Assembly (NCBI GenBank): GCA_945876945.1
Contig: CAMCQE010000003.1
Location: forward strand, 5,446-69,445
Origin: Klebsiella pneumoniae
Lineage (GTDB): Bacteria; Pseudomonadota; Gammaproteobacteria; Ga0077536
DNA length: 64,000 nucleotides
Reading direction: 5' to 3'
In this document: piece after piece, positions 49,720 to 58,625 of the stretch
How positions within the stretch are numbered: the stretch's first letter is position 1
How the letters are laid out: every line of letters starts with the position of its first letter
Translations under genes and position numbers: made by a program
Notes under the pieces: model-generated
Told to the model about the DNA's origin: nothing
Seen by the model: the letters and a program-made list of their open reading frames with translations, nothing else
The model's database searches: none

Positions 49720-50394
49720 TCAATCCTCCAACGCGGCCAGCACGCGAGCGATCGCGTCATCCCGGAAGGCGGCTTTGTTGTAGGCCAGCGCCTCTGCATG
49801 GAGCGTGCTCCAGGCCTGCGCCTTGGCAATGGCTGTGGTCCGAACGGCGTCAGCGGCCAGCACCTCGTCCAGAAAACCCGCTTCAATCGCCTCGTCTGGC
49901 GCATAAAGTCTGGCCATGATCGCCGCTTGGGTGAGGTGCTGCGGCGGCAGTCGCGCGCGCGCCAGTTCAATGCCGAAGGGCGGCAAATGAAGACCGATGG
50001 CGGTTTCGTTCAGCCCAATGCGGTAGTCGCCGGCGGTGCCCACGCGATAGTCGCCGGCCAGCAGCATGAAGGCGCCGAGCGCCACCGCGTGGCCGGTGGC
50101 GCCTATCACCACCGGCTGCGGATGGCCGTAGAGCCGCATCAAGGTGCGCACGCCCAGCGTAATCAGCCGCTGCAGTTCGGCCGCATCGCCGCCGTTGATG
50201 ACCTTGAGATCGAAGCCGCCGCTCAACACGCCCGGGCGTCCGATCAAGGCCACCGCGCGGGCCTCGAGACGGGCGCGGTCGAGGGCGGTGCCGATGGCTT
50301 CAAGCATCACAAAGCCGCAGGCGTTGGCCTTGCCGTCGTCGAGCGTGATGACGGCAACGTCGCCCACCTGTTCGTAGTGCAGTTTGTCAGTCAT
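49720..50394 (-). CDS. Crotonase/enoyl-CoA hydratase superfamily protein
   Basis: VAVITLDDGKANA, LSGGFDL and ATGHAVALGAFMLL motifs; 224 aa. Confidence 0.75.
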   Translation of the reverse strand: MTDKLHYEQVGDVAVITLDDGKANACGFVMLEAIGTALDRARLEARAVALIGRPGVLSGGFDLKVINGGDAAELQRLITLGVRTLMRLYGHPQPVVIGATGHAVALGAFMLLAGDYRVGTAGDYRIGLNETAIGLHLPPFGIELARARLPPQHLTQAAIMARLYAPDEAIEAGFLDEVLAADAVRTTAIAKAQAWSTLHAEALAYNKAAFRDDAIARVLAALED

Positions 50395-50413
50395 GGGAGC
50401 GTTCCTCGAAGTT

Positions 50414-51028
50414 TCAGGTGCCAGCCTGCCAGGCCGCAGCGAGCGCGGGCCGCGCGTTGAGGCGCTGGATGTAGGCGCTAACGTTGGGCTTGTCGGTGAT
50501 GTCGGCGCCGAGCTTGGCGGCCACGATTGTGGCGTGCCCGGTCATGATGTCGGCACCGCTGAAGGCGCCGGCCAGAAATTCGCGGCCTTCGAGTCGGGTC
50601 TCCACCGCTTCAAGCATGCGCCCCAGCAGTTTGACGGCGCGGTCGACGTTGCCCTGATTGCGTTTTTCGGGCGCGAGCAGAATGGTCTCCACCACGATGG
50701 TATTCACCGGCGGCATGATCATGCCTTCGGCGTAGTGCAGCCACTGCAGATAGGGCCCGAAGTCGGCCGAGGACGGCGCCGGTTGCAGCCGGCCATCGGC
50801 GTATTTGCTGAGCACGTACTGCACGATGGCACCCGACTCAAACACGCAGGTGCCGTCGTCATCGGCCAGCGCCGGCACGCGGCCTAGCGGGTGCACGGCG
50901 AGATATTCCGGCGCGCGCATTTTGCGCTCGCCCAGCTGGAAAGTTTCGAGTTCGTAGGGCAGTCCAAGCTCGTTGAACAGCCACACGATGCGCACGGCGC
51001 GGGTATTGGGCGCGTAGTAAATTTTCAT
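50414..51028 (-). CDS. Glutathione S-transferase
   Basis: MKIYYAPNTRAVRIVW .. HPLGRVPAL .. ESGAIVQYV. The ATG at 51028 is preferred over the track start at 51061. Confidence 0.8.
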   Translation of the reverse strand: MKIYYAPNTRAVRIVWLFNELGLPYELETFQLGERKMRAPEYLAVHPLGRVPALADDDGTCVFESGAIVQYVLSKYADGRLQPAPSSADFGPYLQWLHYAEGMIMPPVNTIVVETILLAPEKRNQGNVDRAVKLLGRMLEAVETRLEGREFLAGAFSGADIMTGHATIVAAKLGADITDKPNVSAYIQRLNARPALAAAWQAGT

Positions 51029-51070
51029 GCGTTGGATTTCCTTTGGTACATTGCCAATCACGTCTGCGGT

Positions 51071-51241
51071 TTAGGTGGCCGGCGCGGCGAAGCCGGGTTT
51101 GGCGCCGCCCCAGTGCTTGAAGTGGGTGTTGGTTTCGACCGGCTCGCGCGCAACGGGGCGGAATTGGCCCAGCGGAAACCCGCTGGGAATCACCGCGACC
51201 ACGCTGTGTGTTAGCGCAATGCCGAAGCACGCAGGGTTCAT
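51071..51241 (-). CDS. Unannotated 56-aa ORF, translationally coupled (ATGA) to the upstream isomerase gene
   Basis: Below the 60-aa track cutoff. Manual translation gives MNPACFGIALTHSVVAVIPSGFPLGQFRPVAREPVETNTHFKHWGGAKPGFAAPAT. The ATG at 51239-51241 overlaps the TGA of the 51238-51831 gene. By hand count about 45 of 55 codons end in G/C, like the genuine genes here. Confidence 0.45.
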   Translation of the reverse strand: MNPACFGIALTHSVVAVIPSGFPLGQFRPVAREPVETNTHFKHWGGAKPGFAAPAT

Positions 51242-51831
51242 GCCCGCAGCGCCGCAGCGACGAACTCCAGCCGGTCTTGTCCGAAGTGCATTTCTTCGCC
51301 GACAAACATACTCGGGGCCCCGAACACCCCGCGGGCGACGGCTTCTTCGGTGGTGGCGACCAGCGCCTGTTTAACTTCAGGGTCGCTCGCGAGGGCGAGG
51401 ATGGCGGCCGGATCGAAGTGGGCATTCGATAATACTTCTGCCACCACTGCGGGGTCGCCCAGCGCCAGACCCTGCGCGAAAATCCCGTTGAATACCGCCT
51501 CCAGATAGCGCGCCAAATCTTGCGGCTGCCGCAGCTGAATACCGGCCGCGCCACGCATCAGCGTGAGCGTATTGAGCGGGAAATCGGCCGGCAGCTGCAG
51601 CGGCACGCCATAGCGATCGGCCCAGCGTTTGAGGTCGTTGATGAGCCAGCGACCTTTGGCGGGGATCGCCACCGGGCTGCTATTGCCCGTCGCCTTGAAG
51701 ACCCCGCCGAGCAGCATGGGGCGCCAGAGGATGGTGGCGCCCGTGTCCGCCGCAAGGCGCGGCAACTGGGTCCACGCCAGATACGCGGCCGGACTTCCCA
51801 CATCAAAGAAAAATTCGACCGATTTACGCAT
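51238..51831 (-). CDS. 2-hydroxychromene-2-carboxylate isomerase / DsbA-like thioredoxin-fold protein
   Basis: N-terminus VEFFFDVGSPAAYLAW and GVFGAPSMFV near the C-terminus are typical of the HCCA-isomerase branch of the DsbA family; 197 aa. Confidence 0.75.
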   Translation of the reverse strand: MRKSVEFFFDVGSPAAYLAWTQLPRLAADTGATILWRPMLLGGVFKATGNSSPVAIPAKGRWLINDLKRWADRYGVPLQLPADFPLNTLTLMRGAAGIQLRQPQDLARYLEAVFNGIFAQGLALGDPAVVAEVLSNAHFDPAAILALASDPEVKQALVATTEEAVARGVFGAPSMFVGEEMHFGQDRLEFVAAALRA

Positions 51832-52094
51832 GGATTTCCCAACAGATTGGTTGCGAGAAGGATGAAAGCCGGCGCCTGACAGATCTCAGGCCGAGGGCGA
51901 AGCGTGTGGATGGCCGGCGATGGTGGTCGTCGCGAGCCGGTACGTTTGCATATGCAATAGTAGGAAGCCGCGATCGCCGCCGCAAGCAGAACGCGGCTTG
52001 CGATGACCGCCGCAGTCGCGTCAAATGCGGAGCAGAGTACCCGGCTCGGCCGGCTCGCGCACTTGATTACAAAAGCACAGAGGGGAACATCTGC

Positions 52095-52982
52095 ATGACG
52101 GTCAAAAAATCTCACGGTATCGGCGTTGGCGTTTTTCAGGTCATCGCTGATCTGTTTACCGGCGACCCGGCGGTCATCGCCAAACGCGCCGAAGAACTGG
52201 GTTTCGATTCTTACTGGCTGCCAGAGCACGCGGCCATCCCGCAGGGCTCTGAAGATGTCTATCCCGGCAAAGTGGAAGGCGGTTCGGCACCGGACTATCT
52301 GTTCAAAATGCCCGATCCCTTGATCGGCCTTTCGCGTGCGGCGGCCGTCACCAGCACGATTAACCTCGGCACGGGCGTGGCGCTGGTGCCAGAGCGCCAC
52401 CCGGTGCTGGCCGCCAAGGAAATTGCGTCACTCGACCACTACTCCAAAGGCCGCTTCATCTACGGCATTGGCGCCGGCTGGAACGAAGCCGAGTGCACGA
52501 TGATGGGCGGCGACTTCGCGCATCGCTGGGCGCAGGTGAAGGAATACATTCTGGCCATGAAACAGCTGTGGACCGGCGAATACGTGAGCGCGGAAGGCAA
52601 ATACGCGAATTTCCCTTCCGCCGTGTGCCGCCCCACGCCGTGGCGCAAGCCGCATCCGCCGATCATGCTGGGCAGCATCGGCTCCCCCAACGTGTATCGC
52701 CGCGTGGCCCAATGGGGCGACGGCTGGCTGCCGTTTGTGATCAATCCGCAGGAAGTGGTCGACGGCCGCGCGGAAATCAACAAATTCGCCGCGCAATACG
52801 GCCGCGATCCCAAGACCATCAACATCACGGCCTTCGCCCCGGACGGCATGTTCCGCACCAAGGCGGACATCAAGACTTTGGCCGATGCCAGCGCCGACAA
52901 CGTGGTGCTGTGGCTGAAGGGCGAGAGCGAGGCGGCGATCCTGCAGGAACTCGAAGAACTCGCGGCTGAGCTTTTCGGCTGA
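52095..52982 (+). CDS. LLM-class F420/flavin-dependent oxidoreductase
   Basis: AEELGFDSYWLPEH and YGIGAGWNEAE motifs. Started at the ATG at 52095 (AGGGGAA upstream) rather than the track start at 51906. Confidence 0.8.
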   Translation: MTVKKSHGIGVGVFQVIADLFTGDPAVIAKRAEELGFDSYWLPEHAAIPQGSEDVYPGKVEGGSAPDYLFKMPDPLIGLSRAAAVTSTINLGTGVALVPERHPVLAAKEIASLDHYSKGRFIYGIGAGWNEAECTMMGGDFAHRWAQVKEYILAMKQLWTGEYVSAEGKYANFPSAVCRPTPWRKPHPPIMLGSIGSPNVYRRVAQWGDGWLPFVINPQEVVDGRAEINKFAAQYGRDPKTINITAFAPDGMFRTKADIKTLADASADNVVLWLKGESEAAILQELEELAAELFG

Positions 52983-52999
52983 GCAAATGAGCGACCGGC

Positions 53000-53027
53000 G
53001 GCTACCGTGACAGGACGCACGGTAGCC
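53000..53027 (+). terminator. 10-bp perfect hairpin (GGCTACCGTG-N8-CACGGTAGCC) 18 nt after the LLM stop
   Basis: Hand-indexed arms at 53000-53009 and 53018-53027. No U-tract. Confidence 0.4.
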
Positions 53028-53230
53028 CCGGCAGCGTCCACAAGCGAAAAGGCGGGGCTCTGGCATTGGGTCATCTCAGGGCCCGCGTACCGTGGCATCG
53101 AAACACGGCGTTGACCGCAACGACAGTTTTGAGAAGGGTCGCTGCGGCAATCGATCGCACGCATTAAGGTCCTGCCCTTGTAACCGAACCGGGCATTGTG
53201 TCCTCGCCCGCAGCACCCCATGGGAATGTC

Positions 53231-54958
53231 ATGAATCAGCAAGCAACGCGGTCATTACGCGCCTGTGCCACTGTCCTTCTGGCGGCCGTAAGCCTCACGG
53301 CTGGCGCGGCCGAAGGCCCCGCCGCCACCACTCACAAGCACTATGCGGAATCGCCCACAGCGGCGCAGCCGGGCCCCAAAGGGGAGTTGGCGCCGCGTTT
53401 GCAAAAGCTCGGGGACCACGTCTTTCCGGTCTCAACGCAGCAGGCGGAAGCCCAAAAATTCATCAATCAGGGACTTAACCTCGCCTACGCGTTTAACCAT
53501 GCCGAATCACGGCGCGCCTTCAGGGAAGCCAGCCGCCTTGATCCGACGCTGGCGATGGCCTACTGGGGACAAGCGCTGGTGCTGGGGCCAAACATCAACG
53601 CGCTGATGGCACCCAATGAGGAGCCGCACGCGTTTGAAATGGTCGGCAAGGCGCAGTCCTTGGCCCAGCACGCCAGCCCCCGCGAGCGGGCGCTCATCGA
53701 GGCGCTTGCGAAGCGCTATTCCGGCACCGCTGACCACCGCAAGGCCAACGATCGGGCATACGCCGCGGCCATGCGCGAGGTGCACAAACGCTATCCGGAG
53801 GATCTGGATATCGCGACCCTTTACATCGAGTCGGTGATGGACCTGCGGCCCTGGGGATATTGGATGCCGGACGGGCAACCCCAGGAAGGCATCGCAGAAA
53901 TTGAGGCACTGACCGCAGATGTACTGCGCAGGAATCCGCGGCATCCCGGTGCCTTGCATCTCCAAATCCACCTGCTTGAATCAACGCCAACGCCGGATCG
54001 CGCCGAGCGCTCGGCCGACACGCTGCTGCATCTGATGCCGGGCGCGGGCCACATGGTTCACATGCCCTCGCATATTTACCAGCGCGTTGGACGCTACGCC
54101 GATGCGATTGAGAGCAATCGCTTGGCGATCGAGGCCGACGAGGATTACATCACCCAGTGTCGCGCGCAGGGCCTCTATCCGATGGCCTACTACCCGCACA
54201 ACATTCATTTCATGTGGTTTGCAGCGATGTACGACGGGCAGCAAGCCTTGGCGGAGGAGGCCGGTCGTAAAGTCGCGAGCAAGATCGACGACGCGACGCT
54301 GGCGGCGATGCCGATGCTTGCGGCATTCCGGGTGGTGCCCTACTGGACCATGCTGCGCTTTGGCCTGTGGGAAGCGATGCTGAAAGAACCGGCGCCGCCG
54401 GCAACGTCGGCCTTTCTTACCGGCGCCTGGCATTACGCGCGGGGACAGGCGTTCGTCGCCACGGGCCGCATTGAACAGGCCAAAGGCGAACTCGCGACGC
54501 TTCGCGAAGTGATGAAGAATCCGTCACTCGACAATAACCTGTTCTCGCAAAACCCTGCGCGCTCGATACTCAACGTAAGCGTGCCGTCGCTTGTTGGCGC
54601 GATCGCTGCGGCCGAAGGGCGCCACGACGAGGCGATTTCACAGCTGGAAATGGCGGTGAGAATCGAAGACGGCCTGATCTACACCGAACCTTCCGAATGG
54701 GCCTACCCGCCTCGTCATGCCCTCGGCGCCGAATTGCTTGCCGCCGGTCGGCCGGCCGAAGCGGAGACCGTGTTTTGGCAGGATCTGCGTAAGAACCCGC
54801 ATAACGGTTGGGCGCTGAGCGGCTTGCTGCAGGCGCTGCGCGTGCAACAGAAAGACGCCTTGGCGGCGACCGTTGAAGCCCGGCTGAAGCGGGCTTGGGC
54901 AAGGTCGTCAGTGAAACTCCCGGGCGCGGAAGCGAACCCGAAAGTAGCGGCCAACTAA
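53231..54958 (+). CDS. Secreted TPR-like repeat protein of unknown function
   Basis: Signal peptide MNQQATRSLRACATVLLAAVSLTAGAAEG. Helical-repeat composition throughout. 575 aa from the ATG at 53231. Confidence 0.6.
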   Translation: MNQQATRSLRACATVLLAAVSLTAGAAEGPAATTHKHYAESPTAAQPGPKGELAPRLQKLGDHVFPVSTQQAEAQKFINQGLNLAYAFNHAESRRAFREASRLDPTLAMAYWGQALVLGPNINALMAPNEEPHAFEMVGKAQSLAQHASPRERALIEALAKRYSGTADHRKANDRAYAAAMREVHKRYPEDLDIATLYIESVMDLRPWGYWMPDGQPQEGIAEIEALTADVLRRNPRHPGALHLQIHLLESTPTPDRAERSADTLLHLMPGAGHMVHMPSHIYQRVGRYADAIESNRLAIEADEDYITQCRAQGLYPMAYYPHNIHFMWFAAMYDGQQALAEEAGRKVASKIDDATLAAMPMLAAFRVVPYWTMLRFGLWEAMLKEPAPPATSAFLTGAWHYARGQAFVATGRIEQAKGELATLREVMKNPSLDNNLFSQNPARSILNVSVPSLVGAIAAAEGRHDEAISQLEMAVRIEDGLIYTEPSEWAYPPRHALGAELLAAGRPAEAETVFWQDLRKNPHNGWALSGLLQALRVQQKDALAATVEARLKRAWARSSVKLPGAEANPKVAAN

Positions 54959-54964
54959 AACAAG

Positions 54965-55029
54965 GCGCGCCCGGGTAGTCCGAACCGACCTCCATTTGCC
55001 GAGGCCACGGACTGTCTACCCGGGCGCGC
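54965..55029. repeat. 14-bp perfect GC-rich inverted repeat (GCGCGCCCGGGTAG ... CTACCCGGGCGCGC) with 37-nt spacer
   Basis: Arms hand-indexed at 54965-54978 and 55016-55029, starting 7 nt after the stop at 54958. The inner TCCG/CGGA can extend the pairing. Confidence 0.6.
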
Positions 55030-55300
55030 GCGCCCTGATGCGGTAAATCCTCAGTGCTGAACCCGATCGGCGTGATCGAGGGACCTCCATCCCTTGAACT
55101 CACGCCAGAAGTCTCGTTCAGCGTTCAGTCCTGCTACGGCCAAACCTGAGCGACTTGTTCATCAGGCACCACGCCGCGTTTCTCCCGAGTGTTAATCAAG
55201 GTCAAGAGCGTGCTTGCCGGGCTCTTCCATACTGGTCACGTGCGGCCCACCCGAAATCGCTTTGGGTCTGCTCCCGTCCCAGTGTGCGAGGTCCGTCGGC

Positions 55301-56150
55301 ATGCAGTTCAAGGACTACTACGAAGTCTTCGGCGTCCCGCGCACCGCGACGCAGGATGAAATCAAAAGCGCCTACCGGAAACCCGCGCGCAAATTTCACC
55401 CGGACGTCTCCGGGGAGTCCGACGCCGAGGCGCGCTTCAAGGAAATCGGCGAAGCCTATGAAGTGCTGAAAGACCCCGAGAAGCGCGCGGCCTACGATCA
55501 AATGGGCAGCCAGTGGAAAGACGGGCAGGACTTCCGTCCGCCGCCGAATTGGGATCAGGGTTTTGAGTTTCGCGGCGCTGATTTTGGCGGCGCTGACCAC
55601 AGCGATTTCTTCGAGGCTTTGTTTGGTCGGCGCAGTCACGGTTCGGGGGCGCGCCACTCGCGCGCCGGCCGTTGATGCGACGGGCCATGTGGTGCTGCGC
55701 GAGCGCCATATCGAAGTCACGATCCCCAAAGGGGTACGCCAGGGCCAGCATCTGCGCCTCGCGGGGCAAGGCACGCCCGGTTTCGACGGCGGGCCGGCGG
55801 GCGATCTGTATCTGGAGATCGTGTTTCGGCCTGATGCGCGCTTTCGGGTGGAGGGACGAGACGTCTACACCGCGCTCGCGCTGGCCCCCTGGGAGGCTGC
55901 GCTGGGCGCCACCGTTTCGGTGACCACGCCGGATGGCGGCGTGGCGCTGAAGGTCCCCGCTGGCTCCGCCGCCGGGCGCAAATTGCGTCTCAAGGCTAAG
56001 GGGATTCCGGGCCGTGAGCCGGGAGATTTGTACGCGGAAATTGCCATCGTGATTCCCCCCGCCGAGACCCCCGAGGCCGTGGTCGCCTATCAGGCCTTTG
56101 CCTCGGCCTTCACCTTCAAGCCCAGAGCTGAATCCGGAGGCCCCTCGTGA
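55301..56150 (+). pseudogene. cbpA: Curved-DNA-binding DnaJ-like co-chaperone CbpA, reading frame disrupted
   Basis: The J domain (DYYEVFGV .. KFHPDVS .. AYEVLKD) is in the frame ending at TGA 55673-55675. The C-terminal substrate-binding domains (..VTIPKGVRQGQHLRLAGQG .. DLYLEI .. PWEAALGA ..) are in the +1 frame, open from 55563 to 56150. A G5 run lies at 55645-55649. Confidence 0.7.
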
Positions 56151-56467
56151 GCAGTGAGCACCCTTTGTTGCGCATCCGGGCTGAGGTGGTTGAAGAGGTC
56201 GTCGAATTCACGCTGGTCGAACTTTCTCAGGCGTGTAACGCCACGCCGGCACAACTCGCGGCGCTGGTGGCCGAGGGCGTGCTGGCGCCTGCCGGACAGA
56301 CGGGTGACGACTGGCGATTCGCCGGCACGGCCCTGCGCCGCGCGCGGCTGGCGCTGCGGCTGGCCCGCGATCTGGAACTCAATCCGCCGGCGCTCGCGCT
56401 GGTGCTCGACATGCTGGACGAGATCACAAGTCTGCGGGCGCGGCTCGCGCGCCAGCACCGCCCATGA
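56147..56467 (+). CDS. cbpM: Chaperone modulator CbpM (MerR-like fold)
   Basis: 106 aa, with a 4-nt overlap with the cbpA 3' end. The pattern ..FTLVELSQACNATPAQLAALVAEGVL .. RLARDLELN..ALALVLDMLDEI..LR is typical of CbpM. Confidence 0.75.
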   Translation: MSSEHPLLRIRAEVVEEVVEFTLVELSQACNATPAQLAALVAEGVLAPAGQTGDDWRFAGTALRRARLALRLARDLELNPPALALVLDMLDEITSLRARLARQHRP

Positions 56468-56536
56468 ATGCCGCAGCCCCGGTTCCCGTGCATCTCCGGC
56501 TTTCCTGCCAACAACCCTCAATTCGGGAGAAATCGA

Positions 56537-57169
56537 ATGCGTAAGTTATGGGTCGCGCTTACGGTGCTGCTGACGCTCGGCCTTTCCGGCTGCGGTTACA
56601 ACACGCTGCAAACGGCAGATGAGCAAATCAAGGCGAGTTGGTCGGAGGTGGTCAATCAGTACCAGCGGCGTGCGGATCTCGTGCCCAATCTGGTCAACAC
56701 GGTGAAAGGCTTCGCGGCGCAGGAGAAAGACATCCTGTTAGGCGTCACCAACGCCCGCGCGAAAGTGGGCAGCCTGCAAATCACTCCGGAAGTGCTGAAC
56801 GACCCGCAGGCGTTTGGCCAATTCCAGCAAGCACAGGGCGAGTTGTCGGGCGCGCTCTCCCGGCTGCTGGTGGTGACCGAGAACTACCCGCACCTCAAAT
56901 CAGACGCCAATTTTCGCGACCTGCAGGCGCAGCTTGAAGGCACGGAAAACCGCATTACGGTGGCGCGCAATCGCTACATACAGGCCGTGCAGGCCTACAA
57001 CGTCACGGTGCGCTTGTTCCCATCCAATCTCATCGCCAAGTTCTTTGGCTACGGGGTAAAGCCCAACTTCACGGTGGAGAACGAGCAAACCATCGCCATC
57101 CCACCGGTGGTGGAGTTTGGCACCGGCGCCACCCTGCCCCAGGCCACGCCACAAGGCGCCAAACCGTGA
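56537..57169 (+). CDS. LemA-family lipoprotein
   Basis: Lipobox LGLSGC, then YNTLQ..DEQIKASWSEVVNQYQRRADLVPNLV and ENYPHLKSD.NFRDLQ, the classic LemA signature. Started at the ATG at 56537. Confidence 0.85.
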   Translation: MRKLWVALTVLLTLGLSGCGYNTLQTADEQIKASWSEVVNQYQRRADLVPNLVNTVKGFAAQEKDILLGVTNARAKVGSLQITPEVLNDPQAFGQFQQAQGELSGALSRLLVVTENYPHLKSDANFRDLQAQLEGTENRITVARNRYIQAVQAYNVTVRLFPSNLIAKFFGYGVKPNFTVENEQTIAIPPVVEFGTGATLPQATPQGAKP

Positions 57170-58032
57170 GATTGCCAGGCGCCGCGGCCAGCCTGCTGCT
57201 GGCGCTGGTGGTCTGCTGGCCACTGGCGCTGCGGGCGGAAGTGGCGGTGCCGACGCTGGCGACGCGCGTGACGGATCAGCTTGGGGTGTTGAGCGCGGCG
57301 GAGCGCAGCACGCTTGAGGCCAGCTTGCAGGACTTCGAGCGGCGCAAGGGCGCGCAGATCGCGGTGTTGATCGTGCCCACCACCGCGCCCGAAGCCATCG
57401 AGCAATACGCGCTGCGGGTTGTTGAACAATGGCAGCTGGGGCGCAAAAAAACCGACGACGGCGCCTTGTTGCTGGTGGCAATGACAGATCGCGCGCTCCG
57501 CATTGAAGTGGGCTACGGCCTGGAAGGCGCGCTGAATGACGCCACCTGTCGGCGCATCATCAGCGAGATCATCACGCCGCGCTTCAAACAGGGGGACGTG
57601 TACGGCGGCATTAGCGCCGGCGTGCAGCAAATGATTCGCGTGGTCGATGGCGAACCACTGCCCTCACCGGAGCCCTCGTCGGCAGGCGGCGCCAGGACGT
57701 TTCAACACGCTGTGCCCCTGCTGATGCTGGTCGCGCTGTTGGCGGGCGGCATCCTGCGCGGGGCCTTCGGCCGGACCTTGGGGGCGGCGACGACCGGCGT
57801 ACTGGTGGGCGGGCTGGCCTGGTTTTTCATCGGTGCTGTTTCCATTGCGCTGCTCGCCGCGGTGGCGGCGCTGGTCTTCACCCTGATCGGCGGCGGCTTT
57901 GGCTTACCCGGTTATCGCGGCGGCTACGGCCGCGGCGGCGGTGGCTTCGGGGGCGGCGGTTTTGGCGGGGGCGGCGGTTTTGGCGGCGGCGGCGGCAGCT
58001 TCGGTGGCGGTGGCGCCTCCGGGAGATGGTAG
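57166..58032 (+). CDS. TPM-domain protein (YgcG-like) with TM segments and Gly-rich tail
   Basis: Signal peptide, then the TPM core (VTDQLGVLSAAER..LE..L..FE...GAQIAVLIV). TM helices and a C-terminal GGGGFGGGGFGGGGGFGGGGGSFGGGG tail follow. GTGA overlap with lemA. Confidence 0.8.
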   Translation: MRLPGAAASLLLALVVCWPLALRAEVAVPTLATRVTDQLGVLSAAERSTLEASLQDFERRKGAQIAVLIVPTTAPEAIEQYALRVVEQWQLGRKKTDDGALLLVAMTDRALRIEVGYGLEGALNDATCRRIISEIITPRFKQGDVYGGISAGVQQMIRVVDGEPLPSPEPSSAGGARTFQHAVPLLMLVALLAGGILRGAFGRTLGAATTGVLVGGLAWFFIGAVSIALLAAVAALVFTLIGGGFGLPGYRGGYGRGGGGFGGGGFGGGGGFGGGGGSFGGGGASGRW

Positions 58033-58562
58033 CCGTGGATCTGAAACGTCTTTGCCGGCATCTCTTCACCACCCACTGGCAGCTGGCCCGGGCGTTTCCC
58101 GACGCCACGATGCGCGCTATCGAGCAGGCGATCGCCGCGGGTGAGCGCGAGACGTCCGGCGAGCTCCGGTTTGTGGTTGAAAGCGCCTTGCCTGCGGCCG
58201 CGCTATTGGCCGGGGAATCGGCGAGGGACCGCGCGCTCGCGCTGTTCTCCGATTTGCACGTGTGGGACACCGCCGAGAACAACGGCGTGCTCATTTACGT
58301 GCTGCTGGCCGATCGGCAGGTGCAGGTGCTGGCCGACCGCGCGGTGAACGCAACACTGGGGACGGACGTCTGGTTGGCGGTCTGCCACACGCTCGAGGCG
58401 GCGTTCGCCGAGGGGCGATTCCAGGCGGGCGCCATCGCCGCAGTGGAGGAACTGACGCGGCAGCTCAAGGCGCATTTTCCGGTGACCCACGGTGAGCGCA
58501 ACGAATTGCCGGACCGGCCGCTGGTCATCTCGCCCGGACGCGCGCAGCGGGTCGCGCACTAG
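58026..58562 (+). CDS. TPM-domain protein (second member of the LemA-TPM-TPM operon)
   Basis: IEQAIAAGERETSGELRFVVE .. NNGVLIYVLLADRQVQVLADRA pattern. Overlaps the preceding gene (ATGGTAG). Confidence 0.75.
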   Translation: MVAVDLKRLCRHLFTTHWQLARAFPDATMRAIEQAIAAGERETSGELRFVVESALPAAALLAGESARDRALALFSDLHVWDTAENNGVLIYVLLADRQVQVLADRAVNATLGTDVWLAVCHTLEAAFAEGRFQAGAIAAVEELTRQLKAHFPVTHGERNELPDRPLVISPGRAQRVAH

Positions 58563-58625
58563 CTTCAGCGATGTCGCGGTGCTGGTGAATAATGGGCCAT
58601 CAACCCGCAAAGCTGAGACGTCGCC

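Noticed and set aside
55085-55110. Heat-shock (sigma-32)-like CCCTTGAA upstream of cbpA.
   Set aside because: No CCCCAT-type -10 element follows at 13-17 nt, so it is probably a chance match.
57900-58025. GC-rich quasi-tandem DNA repeat (GGCGGCGG.. units).
   Set aside because: It encodes the in-frame poly-Gly/Phe tail of the TPM protein. It is low-complexity coding sequence, not a CRISPR-like or satellite repeat.
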